DNA of 64,000 nt from NCBI GenBank assembly GCA_963776345.1, contig CAVZMH010000006.1, forward strand, positions 24,288 through 88,287, written 5' to 3'. The translations under genes and the position numbers were made by a program. The DNA is from an uncultured delta proteobacterium (lineage in GTDB: Bacteria; Myxococcota; Myxococcia; Myxococcales; Myxococcaceae). Below, in pieces: positions 43,835 through 53,117 of this stretch. Positions within the stretch are counted from its first letter, which is position 1; each line of letters opens with the position of its first letter. A model generated the notes under the pieces. That model was not told where the DNA came from, searched no databases, and worked only from the letters and a program-made list of their open reading frames with translations.

Positions 43835-44374
43835 TCAGCCGGCGGCGAGTGCGACCGCGGCCCGCTCCTCGGTGTCGTCGAGGAGGATGGAGCCAGTGGA
43901 GTCGCGGACCACGTGGAGCTCGGGGTAGGCGGTGGCGATGGCCTGGTGGATCTCGTTCTGCACGCGGTCGAGCAGGCGCGAGTTCTCTCGCTCGCGGTAG
44001 AGGCGGTCCACCGCGGCCCGGATGACGCCCCGGAGCTCGACGCCGTCCCAGGGCTTCACCAGGAACCGGTAGACGTCGCCGTGCTCCATGGCGTCCAGCG
44101 CCACGCCGACGCCGGCGGGCGGGGTGAGGAGGATGCGCATGGTCTCGGGCTGGACGCGGCGGACCTCGTGGAGGAGCGCCAGCCCGGTCCCGTCCGGCAG
44201 CGCCGTGTCGGCCACCACCACGTCCAGGGGCTCGCGGGCGGCGATGGCCAGCGCGTCCTTGATGCAGGAGACCTCGAAGAGTCGGTGGGCCTCGTGGTCG
44301 AGGGTGTGATGGAACGCATCGGCGGTGCGAGCGTCCCCGGCGACGATCAGCACGGTCCGGCTGGAGATGGCCAT
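43835..44374 (-). CDS. atypical receiver-domain response regulator
   Basis: VVADTALPDGTG, ILLT, LVKPW; acidic pocket is VAGD instead of VDD; GAGGAG RBS. Confidence 0.85.
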   Translation of the reverse strand: MAISSRTVLIVAGDARTADAFHHTLDHEAHRLFEVSCIKDALAIAAREPLDVVVADTALPDGTGLALLHEVRRVQPETMRILLTPPAGVGVALDAMEHGDVYRFLVKPWDGVELRGVIRAAVDRLYRERENSRLLDRVQNEIHQAIATAYPELHVVRDSTGSILLDDTEERAAVALAAG

Positions 44375-44833
44375 TCTCGTGAACTCCTCTGTCCCTGCCC
44401 GTGCGTTCTTCAAGTCACGGGCCAGACGGAACGCTCAGCAATGCCGGGAGCTTCGGGAGGTCTGGCCCGGGGTCGACAGGGCGGCGTGGGGTGGGCCCGA
44501 CCTCGCGGCCGCATCGGTGGAGGTGCGATGGCCGGAGCCCCGATGCCCGGCTCCGCATCGGACCCGGCCCGCGGCTCGCGCGGCCAGGCGTCGATCGATC
44601 GCTGCGACGTGGCCGCGGTTCTCCGGGATGCCGGCGCAGGTCGAGCTTCTGTGAGGACGGCTGAGCGGGCGTCCCGCTCGACGCGGTGTGTCGAGCCGTG
44701 TGCACTCTCGCCGTAGGCGACTGGACGGTCCTCTCGCGACCGGACGGGAACGGCAGGGTGCACGGCTTGCGCTCTGGACAGCCACCCGCTCGCGGGTCGA
44801 AGGTCGCCTCCGGAATTCAGGGAGGAGGGACCC

Positions 44834-45580
44834 ATGTCCGCCGATCGCATCGCACTGGTCACCGGAGGCGCCGGAGGCCTGGGCTACAGCATCTGCACCA
44901 AGCTCCACGAGAAGGGCTACCGGGTGGTGCTGACGCACTCCCCGAACAACACCACCATCAAGGAGACGCTCGCCGACATGAAGGCGCGTGGACACGACTT
45001 CCACGCCTACCCGGTGGACGTGGGGGACTACGACTCGTGCCAGCGGTGCGTGGCGGAGATCCAGAAGGACGTCGGCCACATCGACATCCTGATCAACAAC
45101 GCCGGCATCACCCGCGACATGACCTTCCGCAAGATGACCAAGCCGGACTGGGACTCGGTGATGCGGACCAACCTGGACAGCATGTTCAACATGACCAAGC
45201 CGGTGATCGACGGCATGGTGGACCGGGGCTGGGGGCGGATCGTCAACGTCAGCTCGGTGAACGGCAGCAAGGGCGCGTTCGGGCAGACCAACTACGCGGC
45301 GGCGAAGGCCGGCATCCACGGCTTCACCAAGTCGCTGGCGCTCGAGGTGGCGAAGAAGGGCGTGACGGTGAACACCATCAGCCCGGGCTACATCGGGACC
45401 AAGATGGTGACCGCCATCCCCAAGGAAGTGCTGGACACGAAGATCATCCCCCAGATCCCGGTGGGCCGGCTCGGCAAGCCCGAGGAGGTCGCGGGGCTGA
45501 TCATCTACCTGTGCTCGGACGAGGCGGCGTTCGTCACCGGCGCCAACATCGCGATCAACGGCGGCCAGCACATGCAGTGA
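44834..45580 (+). CDS. phaB: acetoacetyl-CoA reductase
   Basis: TGGAGGLG, NNAGITRD, SSVNGSKGAFGQTNYAAAKAG, SPGYIGT, INGGQHM; GGAGGAGG RBS. Confidence 0.92.
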   Translation: MSADRIALVTGGAGGLGYSICTKLHEKGYRVVLTHSPNNTTIKETLADMKARGHDFHAYPVDVGDYDSCQRCVAEIQKDVGHIDILINNAGITRDMTFRKMTKPDWDSVMRTNLDSMFNMTKPVIDGMVDRGWGRIVNVSSVNGSKGAFGQTNYAAAKAGIHGFTKSLALEVAKKGVTVNTISPGYIGTKMVTAIPKEVLDTKIIPQIPVGRLGKPEEVAGLIIYLCSDEAAFVTGANIAINGGQHMQ

Positions 45581-45635
45581 GGTCCGCAGGGGACGTGCGG
45601 GGTCTGCAGATTCCGCACCTCACGTGCTGCAGGTC

Positions 45636-45857
45636 CTAGCCGCGGCGTCCGCGCGGCGTCTTGGCAGAGGCGCGAGACCCGGAAGGTCCGTCCGGCTTCC
45701 AGGGAACGCCTCGCTTCCGCTCGATGTAGTCGCGAATCAAGCGGCGAACCATCTGCGACGGCGTCACGTCGTCCTCCGCGCACAGCTGCTCGAAGACCGC
45801 CTTCTTGCGCGGGTCGATCAGGATGGTGAGTCGAGCGGTGCGATCCTCGATTGGCAT
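45636..45857 (-). CDS. CopG/ribbon-helix-helix transcriptional regulator
   Basis: TARLTILID beta-ribbon plus two helices (KKAVFEQLC, TPSQMVRRLIRDYI). Confidence 0.85.
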   Translation of the reverse strand: MPIEDRTARLTILIDPRKKAVFEQLCAEDDVTPSQMVRRLIRDYIERKRGVPWKPDGPSGSRASAKTPRGRRG

Positions 45858-45906
45858 CAGACGGTCACCGGAGTTACACTGGAAGACGCTCTCAGATGAT
45901 AATACG

Positions 45907-47913
45907 ATGATCATCGGTCTGGCGCCAAATCTCTCCGTCCTGCTGGCGCTGGTCGCCGGCTGGTTCACGCTGGGCCTGGCAGGGCTGATCCGGCCGCACC
46001 ATGTCGGCTTCGTCGGCCGGGTCCTCTTTCCCCTGGGAGCGTTGATCGCCCTGGGGGTTGCGCTGATCGGCCTCGGTGCGCTCCTGCCGGACCGGCCGCC
46101 GGATCAGCTGGTGCTCCCGTTCGGGCTCCCGGACCTCCCGTTCCACCTGCGGCTCGACGCCCTCTCCGGCTTCTTCCTGCTCCTGCTGGGAGCGGCGGGG
46201 GCGGGGATCTCGATCTTCGCCGCGGGCTACTTCCGCGCCGGCGAAGGAACCGCGCCCGGCCTGCTCTGCCTGCAGTACCACGTCTTCCTCGCCAGCATGG
46301 TCCTGGTGGTGGTGGCGAACGACGCCTACTTCTTCATGGTGGTGTGGGAGACGATGGCCCTCAGCTCGTACTTCCTGGTCACCACCCAGCACCGCATCCC
46401 GGAGATTCGCCGCGCTGGCTTCCTCTACCTGCTCATCGCCCACGTCGGCGCGATCAGCATCCTCCTCAGCTTCGGTGTCCTCCAGGGCGGCAGCTGGAAG
46501 TTCACCTTCGATGCGATGCGCGAGCCGACGCTCCAGCCGGCCTGGGCGAGCGTGGCCTTCTTGCTGGCCCTGTTCGGATTCGGAGCCAAGGCCGGGCTGG
46601 TCCCGCTCCACGTGTGGCTGCCGGAGGCACATCCCGCAGCGCCCTCGCCGGTCTCGGCGATGATGAGCGGGCTGATGCTCAAGACCGCCGTGTACGGCGT
46701 GCTGCGGGTGACCTTCGACCTGCTCCACACCTCGCTCTGGTGGTGGGGTGCGCTGGCCCTGGGGATCGGGCTGTTCACCGCGCTGCTCGGCGCGGTCTTC
46801 GCCGCGGTCCAGACCGACATGAAGAGGCTGCTCGCCTATTCCTCGATCGAGAACGTGGGGATGATCTTCTGCGGGATCGGCCTGGCGATCCTCTTCCGCG
46901 CCTTCGATCTCCGGCTCTTCGCGGCGCTCGCGTTGAGCGCGGCCCTGATCCACTCGCTCAACCATGCCTTCTTCAAGAGCCTGCTCTTCCTCGCCACCGG
47001 CTCGGTCCTCCATGCGACGGGGGAGCGCAACCTCGGCAAGCTCGGTGGGCTGATCCGCCGGATGCCCTGGGTGGCGGTCCTGGCCCTGGTGGGGACGCTG
47101 GCCATCGCCGGGCTGCCGCCGCTCAACGGCTTCGTCTCCGAGTGGCTGCTGCTCCAGGCGTTCCTGGTCACCCCGCGGATCCCGCAACCCTTCGTCAACA
47201 TGCTGGTCCCGCTCGGCGCAGCGGCCCTCGCCCTCACCGCTGCGCTCTCCGCCTACGTGATGGTGAAGTTCTACGGGGTGATCTTCCTCGGCCAGCCCCG
47301 GGAGACCGCGCTGATGAAGGCCCACGATGCCGGGCGTCTCGAGCGGGTGGGCCTGGTGTGGCTGGCCGTGGGGTGCGTGGTGCTGGGCGCCTTCCCCCAG
47401 CTGGCGCTGACCGCGACCACGCGGATCACCCGCAGCCTGGTGGGCGATGCCGTGCGGCCGGGCTCCTGGATGTCCATTGCCCCGCTGGCGCCGCAACAGG
47501 CGTCCTACAGCGGAGTGCTCCTCTGGGCCGGAATCGTCGGCGTGGTCGCGGTGACCTTCGTCCTCGTTCGCCGCCTCTACCACGGCCGCGTGCGCCGGAC
47601 GGCGCCCTGGGATTGCGGTTACCCGTGGCAGACGCCCCGGATGCAGGACACCGCGGAGGGCTTCGGCCAGCCGATTCGCCACATCTTCGGTTCGGCGTTC
47701 CGCCTCGAGCGGGAGCTTCCCTCACCCTGGGACACCTCCCCCCGCTACCGCATCCACATCGAGGACCGGATCTGGCACGCCCTCTACGTCCCCCTCGGTC
47801 GTGGCATCCAGCGACTGGCCGAGGCGGTGGCGGTCATCCAGGGCGGGAGGCTGGCCATCTACCTCCTCTACGCATTCCTCACCCTGGTCGCTCTCCTGGT
47901 GTTCGTGCTGTGA
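45907..47913 (+). CDS. hyfB: HyfB-like (NuoL/MrpA-D-type) antiporter subunit of Ehr complex
   Basis: WETMAL, KAGLVPLHVWLPEAHPAAPSPVSA, KRLLAYSSIEN, NHAFFK, LPPLNGFVSEW, WDCG. Confidence 0.92.
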   Translation: MIIGLAPNLSVLLALVAGWFTLGLAGLIRPHHVGFVGRVLFPLGALIALGVALIGLGALLPDRPPDQLVLPFGLPDLPFHLRLDALSGFFLLLLGAAGAGISIFAAGYFRAGEGTAPGLLCLQYHVFLASMVLVVVANDAYFFMVVWETMALSSYFLVTTQHRIPEIRRAGFLYLLIAHVGAISILLSFGVLQGGSWKFTFDAMREPTLQPAWASVAFLLALFGFGAKAGLVPLHVWLPEAHPAAPSPVSAMMSGLMLKTAVYGVLRVTFDLLHTSLWWWGALALGIGLFTALLGAVFAAVQTDMKRLLAYSSIENVGMIFCGIGLAILFRAFDLRLFAALALSAALIHSLNHAFFKSLLFLATGSVLHATGERNLGKLGGLIRRMPWVAVLALVGTLAIAGLPPLNGFVSEWLLLQAFLVTPRIPQPFVNMLVPLGAAALALTAALSAYVMVKFYGVIFLGQPRETALMKAHDAGRLERVGLVWLAVGCVVLGAFPQLALTATTRITRSLVGDAVRPGSWMSIAPLAPQQASYSGVLLWAGIVGVVAVTFVLVRRLYHGRVRRTAPWDCGYPWQTPRMQDTAEGFGQPIRHIFGSAFRLERELPSPWDTSPRYRIHIEDRIWHALYVPLGRGIQRLAEAVAVIQGGRLAIYLLYAFLTLVALLVFVL

Positions 47914-48860
47914 CCGCCTCGGCCCTGCTCCGTCAAGCCGGCGAGGTCGTGCTGGCCGTCGCCCTGGCCCCCTTCTTCCTGGGGTGGATCGCCCAGTGCC
48001 GGGCCTGGCTCCAGAATCGGTCCGCACCGCCGCTCCTCCAGCCCTGGCGCACGCTCCGCAAGCTCTTCTGGAAGGACGCCACGCTCGCCGAGCACGCCTC
48101 GCCGCTGTTCCGGCTGACGCCCTACGTGCTGTTCGGAACGATGGTCCTGGCCGCGGCCATCATTCCCTCGGTGGCGATCGATCTCCCCTTCGCCTTCGTG
48201 GCCGACGCCATCGCCCTGGTGGGTCTGTTCGCCACGGCCCGGGTCTTCGTCTCGCTGGCGGCGATGGACGTGGGCACCGCCTTCGGGACGCTCGGGGCAC
48301 GGCGGGAGATGATGATCGGCTTCCTGGCCGAGCCGGCCCTGCTGATGGTGTTCTTCAACGCCTTCCTGATCTCGGGAAGCACGGCCCTGCCCAGCGTCGT
48401 CGAGCGGCTGGCCGCTCCGCCCTTCATCATCTACCCCAGCCTGGCCTTCGCCGGAGTCGCCTTCGTGATGGTGCTCCTCGCCGAGAACGCGCGGCTGCCC
48501 ATCGACAACCCGGCGACGCACCTCGAGCTGACGATGATCCACGAGGCGATGGTGCTGGAGTACTCGGCCCGCCACCTGGCCCTGGTCGAATGGGCCTCGG
48601 CGCTCAAGCTCTTCAACTACGCCTGCGTCGGCTTCGCCCTCTTCGTCCCCTGGGGCGTGGCCAGCCGGGGAGCCGGGCCGCGGGCGGTGGTGGTCGCCAT
48701 CGTGGCGCTGCTGCTCAAGCTGGGCGTGGCGGGTGCGGTGCTTGCCCTGGTGGAGACCGTGTCCGCCAAGCTGCGCATCTTCCGCGCGCCCGAGTTCCTG
48801 GCGATGGCCTTCCTCCTCGCGGTCCTCGGGCTGCTGGTTCACCTCTTGCTGGGAGCCTGA
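47910..48860 (+). CDS. hyfC: HyfC/HycD-like (NuoH-type) membrane subunit
   Basis: AFGTLGARRE, AEPAL, ENARLPIDNPATHLELTMIHEAMVLEYS; GTGA overlap. Confidence 0.9.
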   Translation: MTASALLRQAGEVVLAVALAPFFLGWIAQCRAWLQNRSAPPLLQPWRTLRKLFWKDATLAEHASPLFRLTPYVLFGTMVLAAAIIPSVAIDLPFAFVADAIALVGLFATARVFVSLAAMDVGTAFGTLGARREMMIGFLAEPALLMVFFNAFLISGSTALPSVVERLAAPPFIIYPSLAFAGVAFVMVLLAENARLPIDNPATHLELTMIHEAMVLEYSARHLALVEWASALKLFNYACVGFALFVPWGVASRGAGPRAVVVAIVALLLKLGVAGAVLALVETVSAKLRIFRAPEFLAMAFLLAVLGLLVHLLLGA

Positions 48861-48863
48861 CCC

Positions 48864-49529
48864 GTGCCGCCGCCCAGCCTCACCGCGCAGCTCCTGAATC
48901 TCTTCGCCGCCGGCCTGCTCCTGATCTCCTTCGCCATGCTCTCCCAGCGAAGGACGCGGAGCCTGGTCGTGCTCTTCGGCTTGCAGGGGGCGATCCTCTT
49001 CGCCTCCACCACCCTGGTGGCCTACAGCGCCGGGCTCCACCACCTGTACTTCTCGGCGGGGCTCACCCTGGTGCTGAAGGTCGGGCTCCTGCCGTGGATC
49101 CTCCTCCGCCTCGTCGACGCCCTCGAGGCGCAGTGGGACACCGAGCCGCTGATCAACATTCCCACCACCATGCTCATCGGGGTGGGGCTGGTCATCTTCG
49201 CCTTCGGTCTGGCCCAGCCGATCAGCGCGCTGGCCACCACCATCACCCGCAACACCCTGGGCATCGCCCTGGCGATCATCCTCCTGGCCTTCGTGATGAT
49301 GATCACCCGGCGGAAGGCGGTGACCCAGGTGATGGGGTTCCTGGCCATGGAGAACGGCCTGTTCTTCGCCGCGACCAGCGCCACCTACGGAATGCCCATG
49401 GTGGTGGAGCTGGGGATCGCCCTCGACGTCCTGGTGGGCGTCTTCATCCTGGGGATCTTCTTCTTCCAGATCCGCGAACAGTTCGAGAGCCTCGATCTAC
49501 ACCACCTCGAGAAGCTCAAGGAGGAGTGA
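48864..49529 (+). CDS. hyfE: HyfE-like membrane subunit
   Basis: Hydrophobic; GFLAMENGL, GMPMVVELG...LDV. Confidence 0.88.
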   Translation: MPPPSLTAQLLNLFAAGLLLISFAMLSQRRTRSLVVLFGLQGAILFASTTLVAYSAGLHHLYFSAGLTLVLKVGLLPWILLRLVDALEAQWDTEPLINIPTTMLIGVGLVIFAFGLAQPISALATTITRNTLGIALAIILLAFVMMITRRKAVTQVMGFLAMENGLFFAATSATYGMPMVVELGIALDVLVGVFILGIFFFQIREQFESLDLHHLEKLKEE

Positions 49530-49530
49530 G

Positions 49531-50979
49531 GTGGAGCTACTGCTCGTTCTCGGAGTTCCCCTGCTCGGCGCCGCGGTCCTGGCGGTGATCGGCGCGCGCC
49601 GCTACGCCGCGGAGGTGAACGCCCTGATGAGCCTGGGGACGCTGGTCTCGGCGGCGATGCTCGTTCTCCGGGTCATCCGGCACGGACCGATGCTGGTCTG
49701 GCACGAGCAGTTCTTCATCGATCCCTTCAACGTCTTCCTGGTGGCGCTCACCGCCTTCGTCGGCTTCACCACCGCGCTCTTCTCGCGCCCGTACATGCGG
49801 ATCGAGGAGCACAAGGGACGGATCACCCCGCCGCGTCTGCGCCTGTACCACAGCATGTACCAGCTCTTCATGGCGGCGATGCTGCTTGCACTGCTGACCA
49901 ACAACATGGGGCTGCTCTGGGTGGCGATGGAGGCGGCGACCCTCTCCACCGTGCTCCTGGTCTCGCTCTACCGCACCCGGGCCAGCCTGGAGGCGGCCTG
50001 GAAGTACTTCATCCTCTGCGGGGTGGGGATCGCCCAGGCGCTCTTCGGAACCATCCTCCTCTACTTCGCCGCGGAGGGACTGCTGGGCAGGGAGGGGATG
50101 GGGGCCCTTCTCTGGACCCGCCTCGACGCGATCAAGGGGCAGCTCGAGCCCACCGTGCTGGCCCTGGCCTTCGTGTTCCTGCTGGTGGGTTACGGGACCA
50201 AGGTCGGCCTGGCGCCGCTGCACAACTGGTTGCCCGACGCCCACGCCGAGGGCCCGACTCCGGTCTCGGCGGTGCTCTCGGGATTGCTGCTCAACGTGGC
50301 GCTCTACGCGGTCATCCGCTGCAAGGTGCTGGTGGAGGGCTCGATCCACTACCTCCCCGGCCGGATGCTGATGGGCTTCGGGCTGCTCTCGGCGATCCTG
50401 GCGGCCTTCTTCCTCTGGCGGCAGCGGGACATCAAGCGGCTCTTCGCCTACTCGTCGATCGAGCACATGGGAATCGTGACCTTCGCCTTCGGGATGGGCG
50501 GACCAGTGGCGAACTTCGCGGCGCTCCTCCACATGACGGTTCACTCGCTCACCAAGTCGGCCATCTTCTTCGCCGCCGGTCACGCCACCCAGACCGCGGG
50601 CACCCAGCGGATGGACGGCATTCGCGGCCTGCTGGTCCTCAGCCCGACCATCGGGTGGGGGCTGATGCTGGGGACGCTGGCCATCCTGGGGCTCCCGCCC
50701 TTCGGCGTCTTCGCCAGCGAGTTCCTGATCCTCACCACCGCGATGCGCGATCACCCCTGGGCGACGCCGATCCTCCTCGCCGCGCTGGGGGTGGCCTTCG
50801 CGGCGATCTTCGGCCGGGTCCAGCCGATGGTCTTCGGGGAGATCGAGGGACGTCCCCTTCCGCATTCACCGGCCTTGCTACCCGTCTTCGTCCACCTGGC
50901 GATCGTCCTCACCCTGGGCGTCTACATGCCCCCCGCTCTGGCCGAGTGGTACCGCCTGGCGGCGCGGTTGATCGGCTGA
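49531..50979 (+). CDS. hyfF: HyfF-like (NuoM/N-type) antiporter subunit
   Basis: WVAMEAATL, EAAWKY, KVGLAPLHNWLPDAHAEGP, KRLFAYSSIEH, PPFGVFASE. Confidence 0.9.
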   Translation: MELLLVLGVPLLGAAVLAVIGARRYAAEVNALMSLGTLVSAAMLVLRVIRHGPMLVWHEQFFIDPFNVFLVALTAFVGFTTALFSRPYMRIEEHKGRITPPRLRLYHSMYQLFMAAMLLALLTNNMGLLWVAMEAATLSTVLLVSLYRTRASLEAAWKYFILCGVGIAQALFGTILLYFAAEGLLGREGMGALLWTRLDAIKGQLEPTVLALAFVFLLVGYGTKVGLAPLHNWLPDAHAEGPTPVSAVLSGLLLNVALYAVIRCKVLVEGSIHYLPGRMLMGFGLLSAILAAFFLWRQRDIKRLFAYSSIEHMGIVTFAFGMGGPVANFAALLHMTVHSLTKSAIFFAAGHATQTAGTQRMDGIRGLLVLSPTIGWGLMLGTLAILGLPPFGVFASEFLILTTAMRDHPWATPILLAALGVAFAAIFGRVQPMVFGEIEGRPLPHSPALLPVFVHLAIVLTLGVYMPPALAEWYRLAARLIG

Positions 50980-50982
50980 TCG

Positions 50983-52497
50983 ATGAACAGGCTCCCGGCC
51001 AATTTTCCTGCCCGCTTCCTGGTCGCCGATCGCGCGGAGTGGCTCGGCTCCGCAATTGCGCTGAAGGCCGAGGGGGCCGTGCTCCTGGCGCTGTGGGGCA
51101 CGGACGACCGGGAACGCGATGGGCGTTTTCGCGTCCGGGCTGCATACCAGTTGCCCGAGGAGGTGGTCGTCGTCGAGCACCCGATGCCGGCCACCGCGCC
51201 GTCGTATCCAAGCCTGGCGGACCGCTTTGCGGTGGCCGGTCGGCTGCAGCGGGCCATCACCGACCTGCTGGGCATCGTCGCCGAGGGCGGTGACGCGCGG
51301 GGATGGCTCCAGCACGGCCGGTGGCCGAGGGAGGCGTTCCCCCTCCGACGGAACCAGGCTCCGCTCGAGCGAACGGCCGCCTCCGAGCCCTACCGGTTCG
51401 TCTCGGTGTCCGGGGACGGGGTCCACGAGATCCCGGTGGGGCCAGTTCACGCCGGCACCATCGAGCCGGGGAACTTCCGCTTCTCGGTGGTGGGCGAGAA
51501 GGTGCTCCGGCTCGAGCAGCGCCTCGGCTACACCCACAAGGGGGTGGCGAAGCGGTTCGAGCAGCTCTCGCAGCAGGAAGGGCACCGGCTCGCCGCACGC
51601 GTCTCGGGGGACTCGGCCGTCGCCTTCTCCTGGGCGTACTGCGCGGCGCTGGAGGCCCTCACCGGCACCGCGGTGCCCCCCCGCGCCACGGCGTTGCGGG
51701 CCCTGGCGCTGGAGCGCGAGCGGATCGCCAATCACCTCGGCGACCTGGGCGCGCTGGGCAACGACGCCGGATTCGCCGTCGGGCTGGCCCACTTCTCCCG
51801 GCTCAAGGAGGACCTGCTCCGGGCCAACGCCGACGCGCTGGGGGCCCGCTATCTCCTGGATCTGGTGGTCCCCGGAGGCGTGGCGACGGACCTCACCGCG
51901 GAGAGGCAGCGCGTCCTGATCCAGCAGCTCCAGCCGCTGGAGGACGCCGTCCGCGGATTGCGGGCTCTCTACGACGAGCATCCCGGGCTCCAGGACCGCT
52001 TTCGCGACGCGGGTCGATTGAGCTTGGCTCTGGCGGAGAAGCTCGGCGCGGTGGGGCTGGCGGCGCGGGCCTCGGGCATCGTGCGAGACCTCCGGATCGA
52101 CATGCCCTGGCCGCCCTATGACCGGCTGGAGCCGAGGCTGGTGGTGGAGTCCGCGGGCGACGTGGCCGCGCGGGTGCAGGTGCGATTCGGCGAGGTGGTG
52201 GAATCGCTCCGGCTCTGCCGGGTCCTGCTGGAGCGGCTGCCGGAGGGCCCGATCCGCATCGAGGTTCCGGTGGCGTCGCCGGATCGTCTGGGCTTGGGGA
52301 TGATCGAGGGGTGGCGCGGGGCGGTGCTGATCGCGCTTCACTCCGGAGCGGAGGGCGCGATCCGGCGCTGCCACGCCCACGATCCCTCGTGGCAGAACTG
52401 GCCGCTCCTGGAGCACGCCATCCTGGACAACATCGTCCCGGACTTCCCGCTGATCAACAAGTCGTTCAACCTGTCCTACAGCGGGCACGACGGGTGA
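50983..52497 (+). CDS. Ehr large subunit (NuoC/D or HycE-like) without NiFe-binding cysteines
   Basis: GPVHAGTIEPG, GYTHKG, ERERIANH, EGWRG, DPSW; RVSGDS and NLSYSGHD replace the two CxxC motifs. Confidence 0.9.
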   Translation: MNRLPANFPARFLVADRAEWLGSAIALKAEGAVLLALWGTDDRERDGRFRVRAAYQLPEEVVVVEHPMPATAPSYPSLADRFAVAGRLQRAITDLLGIVAEGGDARGWLQHGRWPREAFPLRRNQAPLERTAASEPYRFVSVSGDGVHEIPVGPVHAGTIEPGNFRFSVVGEKVLRLEQRLGYTHKGVAKRFEQLSQQEGHRLAARVSGDSAVAFSWAYCAALEALTGTAVPPRATALRALALERERIANHLGDLGALGNDAGFAVGLAHFSRLKEDLLRANADALGARYLLDLVVPGGVATDLTAERQRVLIQQLQPLEDAVRGLRALYDEHPGLQDRFRDAGRLSLALAEKLGAVGLAARASGIVRDLRIDMPWPPYDRLEPRLVVESAGDVAARVQVRFGEVVESLRLCRVLLERLPEGPIRIEVPVASPDRLGLGMIEGWRGAVLIALHSGAEGAIRRCHAHDPSWQNWPLLEHAILDNIVPDFPLINKSFNLSYSGHDG

Positions 52498-52505
52498 GGT
52501 GATCG

Positions 52506-53033
52506 ATGCTCGACCTGCTTGCACGCATCCTTCGCACCGGGGTCGTGAGCGAGCCGCTGCCCGCGCCCGCCGAGATCCCGACCGACGAGCGTCAGATCCA
52601 AGATCAGCTGCTGGCCGTGCTTGGCCGTGCGCTCTGCATTCGCCACGTCGACGCCGGCTCCTGCAACGGCTGCGAGCTGGAGATCCACGCGCTGAACAAC
52701 CCCTATTACAACCTCGAGGGAGCGGGGATTCGCTTCGTGGCCAGTCCCCGGCACGCCGATTTGCTCCTGGTGACCGGCCCGGTCTCGGTGAACATGGAGG
52801 AGGCGCTCCGCCGGACCTACGCCGCCACGCCGGACCCGAAGCTGGTGGTGGCGGTCGGGGACTGCGGCGCGTGCGGGGGAGTCTTCGGCGAGAGCTACGC
52901 CAGCCTGGGAGGCGTGGCCAAGGTGATTCCGGTCGACGTCACGGTTCCGGGGTGCCCGCCCAGCCCGGTGGCGATCCTGCGGGGGATCCTCGCGGCGACC
53001 CGCAGGGCCTCGCCGCGCGTTCAGGGCACCTAG
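52506..53033 (+). CDS. Ehr small subunit (NuoB/HycG-like, one 4Fe-4S cluster)
   Basis: DAGSCNGCE, ASPRHAD, GDCG, PGCPP. Confidence 0.92.
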   Translation: MLDLLARILRTGVVSEPLPAPAEIPTDERQIQDQLLAVLGRALCIRHVDAGSCNGCELEIHALNNPYYNLEGAGIRFVASPRHADLLLVTGPVSVNMEEALRRTYAATPDPKLVVAVGDCGACGGVFGESYASLGGVAKVIPVDVTVPGCPPSPVAILRGILAATRRASPRVQGT

Positions 53034-53117
53034 CTCGTCGCCGCCGGAGCGCGGGTGAGTGGGCCCGGGCGGCCGCTTCGAGACTGGTTAGCTTCGGCTC
53101 CAGGGGAGGGTGAAGAC

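Noticed and set aside
50983..52497. NiFe hydrogenase or formate hydrogenlyase
   Set aside because: Both CxxC Ni-binding motifs are absent and there are no maturation or formate dehydrogenase genes
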